A DNA stretch of 63,188 nucleotides, the filler included, from Collodictyon triciliatum (lineage: Eukaryota), in assembly GCA_043381765.1 (NCBI GenBank). It is 11 parts of 11 records of this genome, joined end to end, with 100 filler letters (N's around TTAATTAATTAA, not from the genome) between each part and the next. Parts side by side here need not be neighbours in the genome. Positions count along the whole stretch, not along the records: positions 52,111 to 58,233 come from JBHJMP010004691.1; positions 58,334 to 60,588 come from JBHJMP010004692.1; positions 60,689 to 63,188 come from JBHJMP010004693.1; 8 more parts are not named here. The stretch is one strand, 5' to 3'. Below the pieces are notes generated by a model that had not been told where the DNA came from, did no database searches, and saw nothing but the letters and a program-made list of their open reading frames with translations. Positions 52,011 to 63,188 of this stretch are shown piece after piece. The translations under genes and the position numbers were made by a program. Numbering within the stretch: the stretch's first letter is position 1; each line of letters opens with the position of its first letter.

Positions 52011-52941
52011 NNNNNNNNNNNNNNNNNNNNNNNNNNNNNNNNNNNNNNNNNNNNTTAATTAATTAANNNNNNNNNNNNNNNNNNNNNNNNNNNNNNNNNN
52101 NNNNNNNNNNGTTTAGTGCGCCAAAGCCCTATTGAAGGCAGGGGGAAACCCAAACACGACGGATGTGAATGGCCTTTCGCCCATCGACTACATAGACAAC
52201 AAAAACGCGGGTCTCACAGAGGTTCTGACGGAAGGTACACTTATCACCCAGCGCCTTTGCCGTTGAGTATGGTTTCTGATTCTGACCGCTGTTTTTCCTG
52301 CAGCCATGAAGAACCCGCTTGCTTTCCAGAGTCGTCTCCCAGTGTCTGCATATTAATAAACATTCATCAACCTTGTACCACCTTCGTCATTATTTGCCAG
52401 CCAAATCCAAAGGAATATCGAGCTTGCGGACGATGCTAAATGTCATCAGTCCCGTGCATTGCGCCTTTGGCGCTTGGGATGGAGTATTTAGATAGATAGA
52501 TAGAATGGTGGATAGAAAGATAGATAGAAAAAAAAGCCAAGAAATGGATGTATAAAACCACGTGATAAATATCTCGCACAAGAAGCGATATCACACAATT
52601 AGGTAGCTAGATGATAGTAGCCATGATATATTTTGTGGTTCTCTTCATTTATTAAAGAATGTGCTTGTGACAGAAACGTGATGGACGCAACGACATTGCG
52701 ATTTGCAAAGTAAAGCTTCTGTTGCAAAGGCGTGGTTGAGGATGAGAAAAAAAAATATAAAACGAAGCTCCATATTGTGTCTTTCCCTTCTTATGGGCTT
52801 TTTTTTTCTGGTGGATTCAAGCGAAGAGAACACGACGGCAATCCTAAAAGCCAATATAGAAGAGTCGGACCAGGGAAGAAGCGCCGACAGTTCCAGTTGA
52901 TATCGTTGCAGACAGTCACACGGCGCGTTGGTCAGGCTGGC

Positions 52942-54231
52942 CTACTGGTTCTTGGGCTTTGGCTGAGCCGGCTGGGGCGGGCGGGAGAGTGAGGCTGAGG
53001 CTGGGGCGGCTTCCATAATGGCCATGCGCATTTTAGAGGCGGTGTCATTCCCACTTCCAGAGCTGCCCACAAAGACGGCGTTTCCGCGGGCGGTTTGAGA
53101 GACTTCTTTGAGGGTATCAAAGTACTGATTCATCATGACAAGCTAATGGTCACCAGAGGAAGAAAGAAAAAGAAAAAAAAGGGAGAAAAGTGTGTGAGTA
53201 AATCAAAAGTAAGGATTCAGATAAGTTATAATACCATATACCGGCCCAGAAATAAGGGTTTATTGGGTATGGTAGTTATCTCATAGGAATTGATCATAAT
53301 TGTTTGACCTGCATGATGCTATCAGGGTCGATGCCTTGGACGGTATGGGAAAACTCCATGATGCTGGAGCCGAGACCGTCAATAATAGCCTGGAAGAATA
53401 AAGGGCATTACATAACTCGCCTGAGGAGAGCAAGATAATATTCCATCAGCCACCGCACTCTCGCAACAGAAATCACTTGCCTTACGCTGACGAGCAAGAC
53501 CGACACCAGACAGATACTTGCTGTCTGCCTCTGCTTCGGCCTATTTTACGACAGACAGAGAGGCAATTAACCGCAGGGATTGGCAATCATGTTTATGGAC
53601 TATTGAATAACATGAAAGAAATATAGAAGAAAACCCAGGGAGTATATGTGCATAAGTTGTAAGGAAAAAGAAAAGGTACATTTTTGACGGTGCTGTACTT
53701 GTTTGCCTCAGCCTTGGAGACTGCGGCGACGCGGAGGCGCTCCTGGGTGTTGATCTCGTTCATGGCGCGCTTGACGTTTGCGTCGGGATCGATGTCGGAG
53801 ACAAGGGTCTGGTCGACAACATAGCCGGTCTCCTTCAGCTCGCGCTCGAGCTCTGTGCGGACGGAGACGGCGATCTTGTCCTTGTTGACAAAGACCTCGT
53901 CGAGAGACATGGACGGGACGGTGGAGCGGACGACGTTCTGGACGTAGGCCGAGATCTGGGCCATGGGGTCCTGCATGTTGTAGAAGGACTCGTAGACCTT
54001 GTCCTTGTCCACGTGGTAGCGGATGGCCACGTGGAGCGCAACAAAGACGTTGTCGTGGGTCTTTGTCTCCACACGCACAGACGCAACCTGCATGCGCAGA
54101 GACACGACGCGCACGGCATTGTCCACGCAGCAGATCAGGCAGTGGAACCCGGGCTGCGCGACGCGGTCGAACGCTCCGCACTTTTCGATGATGGCTGCGC
54201 TGTTTTCGCTCACGCTGTAGCAGACTCCCAT
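52942..54231 (-). CDS. SPFH/band-7 protein, HIR (hypersensitive-induced reaction) type, 4 exons including one GC-AG intron
   Basis: MGVCYSV..., VETKTHDNVFV, IDPDANVKRAMNEIN, N|AEAEADSKYLSGVGLARQRK|AIIDGL and Q|LVMMNQYFDTLKEV, matching the HIR subfamily pattern. Confidence 0.9.
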
Positions 54232-55221
54232 GTTGCTGGCTTCTTTGTCGGCTGTGGGGTGGGTGCTTCGGGGCTGCGTTTTGTGTTTTGTTAGCTTTAT
54301 ATATATGTTATTTTTGTTTTACTTCATCACATATATTTTTTTTCTCTTGATTATGGTGGTGGTTGCTTTGGAAAAAGAAGCTTCACTGGAAGTTGATCTG
54401 AGTGGGGCTGGTCTTAATGTTTTGTTTTGTTTTGTTTTGTTTTGTTTTGTTTTGTTTTGTTTTGTTTTGTTTTGTTTTGTTTTGTTTTGTTTTGTTTTGT
54501 TTTGTTTTGTTTTGTTTTGATTCTGTTTTTTGGCTGACTTTGTTTCCTTCGGCCTGCTTGGGAAAATTGTGCCCCCGACCAAACACTTGTCACAGCCTTC
54601 GCCCTTGTCTTGTGCCCGCCGATCGTGCCTCTGTTGTCGCCGAAGTGATCTACTAGTGGACTGTGCGGCCGTATTACCTGTGTCCGTGATAGGAAAGGCC
54701 GAGTGGTGAAAACATTCATTCAATTTATGCTCATGTGGAAATACTGTTTCTGCGCATACTTTCGAAAAACAAGGTTATTTTTGCCATATGCGTCTATTTT
54801 CTGTGAAGCCTGTCCGTTGGGTCGTTTCTCTCGCAGAACAGACAACCGCTTCAAGAAAATTCATGTGGGATACTATATACCGCATATTATATACCGCATT
54901 TCCACATATATATGAGTTTGTTTTGCGGGGGCTGTTTGACACTTTGTATTCTTTTGCGTTGATCTATGGCTATGTATCAGCTGAAAGGGCAGCAAACATG
55001 CGCAAATCCCACAACGAGCTTCACATCCGGGCTCATAAGAGTTTGACAAGAAGTGAACATCTGAAGTGTGCTGAACGAAGCTGAACTAAACTCTTTATGT
55101 TTCCTATCCCTTTTTTTTTTCCGTCATTCATCCTTTATGTCCACTATTCCTATTTCCAAACACGCCTTGAACAAACACAAGGGAAGAAAGTTAAAGAAAG
55201 AAGGTACGGCAGCTGAACACC

Positions 55222-57666
55222 ATGGAGACGACAAACTCCACGATTGACGAAGAGCCCGTCGGTTCAGTTTTGGCAACAGGACCAGAAGAAAGTGCCCAGA
55301 ATGCGCCCCGGGGCGACGAGCAAACACAAGACTCTATGGCCCAGATCAAAATCGGCTTTGTTGAGCCAGATAGTATTCTCTCCGACGAGTCGGTTCTGTC
55401 CGGGACAGCCTTGGTTCTGAATCATTTGGCAGAAGACTCAAATGTACAACCAACTTTGCGTCCTAGTGGCCCATCGTCCCCAATATTAGACGAACGCACT
55501 CTGAAGAACATAAAGACAACATCCAGTGAGCCAAGTACGGTTCTTCCTTTGTTTTTTTCTTTCAAAAAATAATTATTTCCCCAAAGCGTAATTAAGTATT
55601 TCCTTCTGGGCTGTACGGAAACAAGCAGTTCTTCTCTCTGTGTTTGCTAGATAAACATTCATTGCCCTTTTATAACCTGACTTAATTCTGCAACGCATAT
55701 AGATATGCACAAAATAGATATTCCCGCAGATAATCCGGGTATATCCCGTTCAGCCTCGGACCCTGGTGCCATGAGATATTCCCGCAGAAACATATTTTCC
55801 AGGTGCTTTTCAAACAAAAAATAAAGACTGTTTACATATTTACCATGTATGAACGAGTTCACTGTGGAAACAAGAAGATGGAGTACCGTAAAATTTTTGA
55901 TTAAAAAAAGAAAATCATTCCTGTAGCTTCACCAGAGGATCAGCCAATTCGTCATTTCTTCTAAAGACCATCGAAAAAGTTCGAAAGGCCGCCTCCCAGC
56001 TCTCTGTTTATGAGACTTTTTACTGCCAAATATGTCTCGAAAACGTGGATGTGAGTGAAGGATACGCTATGTCCCAATGCAGACATAGATTTTGTCGGCT
56101 ATGCGTCCAGTCCTATATCACCTCCCAAGTCACAGATGCTATTACCGTTATTAAGTAATATTTACACATCGAGGTCATAATATAATTTAAACATAACACC
56201 GTGTTTTTTCTCGTTTTTTTCTTCTTTTTTTTTTTGTCCGTCACATCACGTTTTTTTCTTTGTGGAGCCATATACCCTGTCACCATCTACGCATCTCATA
56301 ACATCTAACGCTTCCCAAACAGATGCCCTTGTATTGAATACAACGATAACGGAGGCGGCGTCGGAGGAACCTTGACTTCTGAGCAAGAAATTGAAAACGC
56401 ACGAGGAAAGGAGTGTACATTTGAGGTCATAATATATTATGATTTATATATATATATATATATATAATGTCATACATGGTTTCTTCATATTGCAAGGTGT
56501 TGAAAAATAACATTAACACGCGATTGTTACTCAATCGTGATGATTAATCTCCAAAGGAAAAAAAAATCCCTTACTGTATAATAATTAATAGATAAGTGAG
56601 TTAGATGTTAGAGCCCTTCTAGAGCCTGATATGATTTCCAAGTATGAGAGATTCAAACTACAAGCATCTGATAAAAACTACAGGCAATGTCCGAAGTGCT
56701 CTACAAGCATATTAGGAAATCCAAGAAAGCCTGCCATGACATGTTCAAGTTTGTAACATTCTAGACTTGCTTACAAACTAGTGTATGCCATACTTTATCA
56801 TCTCAAAATGTTGTTTTTTTTACTAGAATGTAGTCATGGATTCTGCATGTTCCATTCGGATGCTCATCCGGGTGTATCATGCAAAGTCTACGAACGCAAG
56901 AACAGAGAGGAGGAAAAGGCTAGTCGAGCCCTCATTAGCGAAACAAGCAAACGTTGTCCTGGTTGTAAAATGCCAGTGGAAAAATCAGGAGGTATCTTTT
57001 ATTTGATAAATACTGTCTCTATCCTCCTGAAACTAATTTTCTATGTGTGTAAATAATTCAAAGGCTGCAATCACATGTGCTGCTCCCGTTGCCACACAAG
57101 TTTTTGTTGGATTTGCGGCCGCAAAGTTTCTGGAGATACATATCCAACTCACTATAAATGGTTCAGTACTTCAAATAATTCTCTAATTTGGGTGCAATAT
57201 CTGTTTCATTCTAATTTGGAGATTATTTTAACTGCATTTGACCCTGTATATTGCACTTCTCTTAGGTGGAATGTATTTGGATGCCCAGGAACCCAGATGA
57301 ATGATTGGTATGGCGGGTCCTGGACAATGATTCTCTGGAGAATTCTCATGTTTCTGCTTATTTTTATCGGACCTGCCCTTGCCATCGCTCTGTTTTTGCT
57401 CATAATATCCATCTACCTTGCCTGCTGTCCGATTATCCTACCGTGTGCCATTTTTGGTGTAAGTCTCCTCCTCTTTTTTTTTTCCTTTCCTTCCAATCGA
57501 TTGAAAGGCTATTAATGAAAGTCTTAATCAAGTTTTACATCACCACACGCTCATCTTTTGTGCGGCCTAGGACTCTGACACAACTGAATGCATCTTCGCC
57601 CCAATCACCGGGCTATGTGAGATTTTTGGGGACATATGCTGTGAGGATTGCTGTGATGACGACTAG
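55222..57666 (+). CDS. RBR-type E3 ubiquitin ligase with C-terminal TM segments (RNF144/RNF217-like), multi-exon
   Basis: RING1 FYCQICLE..CRHRFCRLC, IBR CPKC..CSHGFCMFH..H, RING2 KRCPGCKMPVEKSG|GCNHMCCSRCHTSFCWIC, then a hydrophobic Cys-rich tail. Stop at 57666. Confidence 0.88.
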
Positions 57667-58525
57667 AATAGCTCTCTATAATTAGAAGCCGAACGAAAAA
57701 ATAAATATATTATGGCCCACATCCCATAAGGCATATGAAATAAGGGGGAGCATAGTTGGTTGTCCATGATCCTAATTCAAAGCGCGCCCTTGTGACGTAT
57801 TTGCTTTTGCGCCACAATAATCCGAGCAAAGCTTCCATGTCACACATTAATCATTATCCTTTTTGCTCATTGATGAATTTGAACACAAATCTATTCACGC
57901 TGCCTACTGCTTTCAGCGGAGCCCGTTTGGGCATATGTCCCGCACTATCCCCTGACGCTTTTGTTTTCTTTTGTTTTGTTTTCTTTTTTCTTTTTCTTTT
58001 TTCTTTTTCTTTTTTCTTTTTCTTTTTTCTTTTTCTTTTTTCTTTTTTCTTTTTCTTTTTTCTTTTTCTTTTTTTCTTTTTTTCTTTTTTTCTTTTTTTT
58101 CTTTTTTTTCTTTTTTTCTTTTTTTCTTTTTTTCTTTTTTTCTTTTTTCTTTTTCTTTTCTTTTCTTTTTCCTTTTCATTTTTGTTTTTATTATTGTTTT
58201 TTATTATTGTTTTTTATTATTGTTTTTTATTATNNNNNNNNNNNNNNNNNNNNNNNNNNNNNNNNNNNNNNNNNNNNTTAATTAATTAANNNNNNNNNNN
58301 NNNNNNNNNNNNNNNNNNNNNNNNNNNNNNNNNAAATAAATAAAACAAAATAAATAATAAATAATAAATAAAACAAAATAAATAAAACAAAATAAATAAA
58401 ACAAAATAAATAAAACAAAATAAATAAAACAAAATAAATAAAACAAAATAAATAAAACAAAATAAATAAAACAAAATAAATAAAACAAAATAAATAAAAC
58501 AAAATGAAACAAAACAGCAAGCTCA

Positions 58526-60460
58526 CCAAAGTCACAACCCGATACGTCAAATGCAGTACATCAACAAGACCAACCACTTTCTCCATTTTCATTTTAGTAT
58601 GGGCAGATGCAAAAAACCTTCGTCGTGCATTAGGTGGAGGGCATCAAGGATAGACGTCTTTAACGTAAGCACAATCAGGATTATGGGCTATAACCTACAA
58701 TAGAAGAAAGAAATGAAAAATAATATTAAGGTACACAGGACTAAATCTGAGACAGAAAACATTCAATACATTTTATAACAATCCCTTGTTTTCAAATGAT
58801 AGTTGAATACATATATTGTGATTATAAACAATGTTTCAAAGCAAATCATCCATAACAACAAACATCACCTTGGATATTTTTGTTGAATTAATCTTAGTTG
58901 TGGGGTGATGACCGAGATACAGCGTCTTTGGCGGTGAAGATGCCTGTAATTGCTGCGTATTCCCGAACGATGTCTTAGTAAAAACAAACAGCCATGTATT
59001 CCTCGGGGTTTTTTTTTCTTCATCAAAAAAATTGAAGCAAATATTACCAGTCTATTGCCTTGGAATTTAACATACTTTATTTCGCTTCAGTTAATAAGAA
59101 TAGCACAGCTTTCTGCTGGGCCATTATTTTGAGAAGCGTCTCTAATGAGATATAAACACGGATTGATTTAGTCCACACAGCCCTATGAACAGAAATTACA
59201 TGGTTCCTCTTTTAAATATCCAAAGAGAATCAAGTAAAAAAGCGGACGCACGATATATTTTTCACATTTTAAAAGAATTTAATTCATTTAATGACTTGGA
59301 CCAACTTTACACTCGATTGAGATGTCAGTTCAAGGAACATGAGATTTGAGACGGATGCTTGATAGGTAGCGAATCATCTTTCTTCTCAACACTTCGACGA
59401 GTTCCTTTTGCCGCCGGGGCGCCGGCGCGGGGCGGCGGGGGCGGCCGGGGCGGGGGGCGGCCGCGCGGGGCGGTCGGCGCGGCCGCGCGCGCGCCGGGCG
59501 CGGGGGCGGCGGCCGGGCGGCCGGGGCGCGGGGGGCCGCTGGGAAATAATTCAGAAAAACAAGTTAATCTAGAAAGAGAAATTAATCTAATAAATACTGC
59601 AGATACAGATTCAAAAAAAAAAACCATTTCAAATAGATGGTTACTTGCGACTGGAAATATCCAGCATTGGTTAAAATCGCTATATTTTTGCTCAATCTTG
59701 GAATACAGATGAGATGATGCGTGTATTAATTCTCCCAACTTTACAATTGCGTCATGAAACAATTTGTGATATCTAAGAGCCCAGCAATTTTTTCCTTCTT
59801 TAATAACAGGCAAATGCACGGAAATGTCCCTGACCCTAGTCTTCAAAGCTGGGGAAATGTCCATTTTTTTTTGATTATTTGAATGGTTACTCGTAAAATT
59901 AATTGATATAAAGTATGTATAGGGTTGTTTTTCCATGAAACACAAGTTATGGATTAGGCCCTACTTCTTTGTACGTAGTATCCGGGGTAGCACATGTTGA
60001 TTCTAGTCATGACCCCAGATGCCTCAACTGCGCATAAGTCAATCAGACGCTGGAATTATGCGACAATATCCTGCAGAGGAGATAAGAGACGACAAACGAG
60101 GCGATAAGTAGATAGTATATAGCCATTTTTTTGAATAACAAAAGAAAAAAAAGACATTATGCCAGAGTTTTGGACCTACCTTATCTGTTAGGATTCCTCG
60201 AAGAATCATATCATTACCATCAAAGTCAAAAGAACAGCGTCCACTCGATTCTCTGTCATAGCCACGCAACAGTTCGTATAGATCGCAGTCTCTGAGAGAC
60301 GAACGAATCTTTGCTGACCTCAGGAAGTTACGGTGCGCATGGAGCGGAGTTGAACTGCGTCGGGATGTGTTCAGTATTCCCAGCGATGGAGGAGGGCAGA
60401 GAAACTGTTCTGCAGTTGATTCGCCTGAACAGATGCGGTGAGATGTAGGCGTGTCCGTGT
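58526..60460 (-). other. Error-rich reverse-complement duplicate of the CBS-domain gene on the next contig
   Basis: Exons and introns match 61170-62945 in reverse orientation, with many 1-nt indels and a G/C-only insert. The same terminal microsatellite is present. Confidence 0.8.
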
Positions 60461-60861
60461 ATCTTATTTTTTTCTTCCTTTTTTTTCTTTTTTTCTTTTT
60501 TCTTTCTTTTTTTTCTTTTATAATTTTTTCTTTTTTTCTTTTTTTCTTTTTTCTTTTTTTCTTTTTTCTTTTTTTTTTTTTCTTTTTTNNNNNNNNNNNN
60601 NNNNNNNNNNNNNNNNNNNNNNNNNNNNNNNNTTAATTAATTAANNNNNNNNNNNNNNNNNNNNNNNNNNNNNNNNNNNNNNNNNNNNCTTTTTTTCTTT
60701 TTTCTTTTTTCTTTTTTCTTTTTTCTTTTTTCTTTTTTCTTTTTTCTTTTTTCTTTTCTTAATCTAAGGCAATCATGCTCATACGCACCAACTTAGTGCA
60801 CACAAGAGCAACTTTTGCTGCTGACGCTACGAACTGAGTCTTCAGAGAGCCACATAATTCA

Positions 60862-62945
60862 ATGAGTTCCTCTCAAGCACGACGCTCTCGACCCGGGTCA
60901 GCTGGGCGGTACCTTCTTTTCTATTTTACTGATTTTTTGTTACATAATATTGCCTCATTATTTTCACATGGCCTTCGTTACATTATTTTCAGTCCATCCC
61001 ATTTTTCCATGGTGCATCGCCAATTCTTTTGTCTTGATTTAATAATTTATAAGTTAATAAATAACCCCGCACTCACCATGCATAATTAGTCCACGACCAT
61101 CGTCAGTCGCCCGAGGCACGTCAGTAACTTCACAGGAAAAGAAAGTGGTGAATGGGAAAGAAAATATAGATACAGACACGCCTACATCTCACCCATCTGT
61201 TCAGACGACAACTGCAGCAACAGTTTCTCTGCCCTCCTCCATCGCTGGGAATACTGGAACACATCCCGACGCAGTTCACTCGCTCCATCGCACCGTAACT
61301 TCCTTGAGGTCAGCAAAGATTGTTCGTCTCTCAGAGACTGCGACTCTATACGACTGTTGCGTGGCTATGACAGAGAATCGAGTGGACGCTGTTCTTTTGA
61401 CTTTGGATGGTAATGATATGATTCTTCGAGGAATCCTAACAGATAAGGTAGGTCCAAAACTCTGGCATAATGTCTTTTTTTTTCTTTTTGTTATCAAAAA
61501 CATGGCTATATACTATCTACTTTATCGCCTCTTTGTCGTCTCTTTATCTCCTCTGCAGGATATTGTCCGCATAATTTCCACGTCTGATGATTATGCGAAG
61601 TTGAAGGCATCTGGGGTCATGACTAGAAATCCAACATGTGCTACCCCGGATACTACTGTACAAGAAGTAGGGCCTAATCCAATTAAACTTGTGTTTCATG
61701 GGAAACAACCCCTATACATACTTTATATCAATTAATTTACGAGTACAATTCAAATAATCAAAAAAATGGACATTTCCCAGGCTTTGAAGACTATGGTCAG
61801 GGGGCATTTCCGTCATTTGCCTGTTATTAAAGAAGGAAAAATTGCTGGGCTCTTAGATATCACAAAGTGTTTGCATGACGCAATTGTAAAGTTGGAGAGA
61901 ATTATACACGCATCATCCCATCTGTATTCCAAGATTGAGCAAAAATATAGCGATTTTAACCAAGCTGGATTTTCCAAGTCGCAAGTAAACCATCTATTTG
62001 AATGTTTTTTTTTTTGAATCTGTATCTGCTGGTATTTATTAGATTAATTTTCTCTTTCTAGATAACTATGTTTTCTGAATTAAATTTCCCACCAAGGAAC
62101 TCGTCGAAGTGTTGAGAGAAAAGATGATTCCTACCCTATCAAGCATCGTCTCCAATTCTCATGTTCCTGAACTGACATCTCAATCGAGTGTAAAGTTGGT
62201 CCAAGTCATTAAATGAATTAATTCTTTTAAAATGTGAAAATATATCGTGCGGTCCGCTTTTTACTTGAGTTCTCTTTGGATATTTTAAAGAGGAACATGT
62301 ATTTCTGTTCGTGGGTGTGGGTGACTAAAGCATCCGTGTCTATATCTCATTAGAGACGCTCTCAAAATAATGGCCCAGCAGAAAAGCTGTGCTATTCTTA
62401 TTACTGAAGGAAATAAAGTATGTTAAATTCCAAGGCAATAGACTGTATATTTGCTTCACTTTTAGAATGAGAAAAAAAAACCCCGACGAATACATGCTGT
62501 TTGTTTTACTAAGACATCGTTCGGGAATACGCAGCAAATTACAGGCATCTTCACCGCCAAAGACCTTGTATCTCGTGTCATCACCCCACAACTAGATTTA
62601 GATTCAACAAAAATATCCAAGGTGGCTATGGATGATTGCTTGAACTATTGTTATAATCACAATATATGTATTCACTATCATTTGAAACAAGGGATTGTTA
62701 TAAATGTATTGATGTTTTACATGTCTCAGATTTAGTCCTGTGTAATTATATTATTTTTCATTTTCTTTCTTCTATTGTAGGTTATGACCCATAATCCTGA
62801 TTGTGCTACAGTTAAGACGTCTATCCTTGATGCCCTCCACCTAATGCACGACGGAAGGTTTTTGCATCTGCCCATACTAAATGAAAATGGGAAAGTGGTT
62901 GGTCTTGTTGATGTACTGCATTTGACGTATCGGGTTGTGACTTTG
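60862..62945 (+). CDS. Multi-CBS-domain protein (CBSCBSPB/Mug70-like), multi-exon, 3' truncated, with apparent sequencing frameshifts
   Basis: Motifs RVDAVLL..LRGILTDK|DIV, VMTRNPTC, ALKTMVRGHFRHLPV..AGLLDITKCLHDAI, GIFTAKDL, VMTHNPDC and ALHLMHDGRFLHLPI..VVGLVDVLHLTY. Confidence 0.85.
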
Positions 62946-63188
62946 GTGAGCTTGCTGTTTTGTTTCATTTTGTTTTGTTTCATTTTGTTTTGTTTCATTT
63001 TGTTTTGTTTCATTTTGTTTTGTTTCATTTTGTTTTGTTTCATTTTGTTTTATTTATTTTGTTTTATTTATTTTGTTTTATTTATTTTGTTTTATTTATT
63101 TTGTTTTATTTATTTTGTTTTATTTATTTTGTTTTATTTATTTTGTTTTATTTATTATTTATTATTTATTTTGTTTTATTTTTTTTGT

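Noticed and set aside
50641-52066. Long F/S/L-rich ORFs of 423-473 aa, and similar poly-N, poly-Y, poly-K or CV ORFs elsewhere
   Set aside because: They are translations of microsatellites and pyrimidine tracts that lack stop codons by composition.
59325-59945. 206-aa ORF with a Pro/Ala/Arg-rich segment as a novel protein
   Set aside because: It is a chimera of frameshifted CBS exons, intron sequence and the G/C-only insert.
58334-63188. Apparent large inverted repeat or palindromic gene pair
   Set aside because: The arms are separate contigs across a linker, share introns and the terminal microsatellite, and differ by scattered indels. This is a redundant low-quality assembly of one locus or two haplotypes.

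Overview
This window is not one locus. It is 11 short contigs from a microbial eukaryote (protist-like: AT-rich, intron-rich, microsatellite-ended contigs), joined by ten identical 100-nt artificial linkers (N44-TTAATTAATTAA-N44). Adjacency across a linker therefore has no biological meaning. I assembled gene models by hand from splice sites and remembered family motifs; no searches were run. Ordinary eukaryotic genes: UDP-sugar pyrophosphorylase, IMP2 peptidase, a Qc-SNARE, a TRIM-like RING/B-box protein, an MDR oxidoreductase fragment, an AAAP amino-acid transporter, an HPS5/TECPR2-like protein, a PP2C, a divergent cyclin, profilin, PPIL2, SPT5, an HIR-type SPFH protein, an RBR E3 ligase, and a CBS-domain gene assembled twice. 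Two intron-containing, bacterial-type genes stand out. (1) A complete three-exon QueF (preQ0 nitrile reductase of de novo queuosine synthesis) with a mitochondrial-type presequence and an alphaproteobacterial-like C-terminus (14166-15196). (2) A gene of at least 10 exons that fuses a nitrilase-family amidase to a cytidylyltransferase closely resembling Campylobacter Cj1416 of the phosphoramidate (MeOPN) pathway (24603-27815). An intronless 1920-aa NACHT-pentapeptide-WD40 STAND protein is also present.
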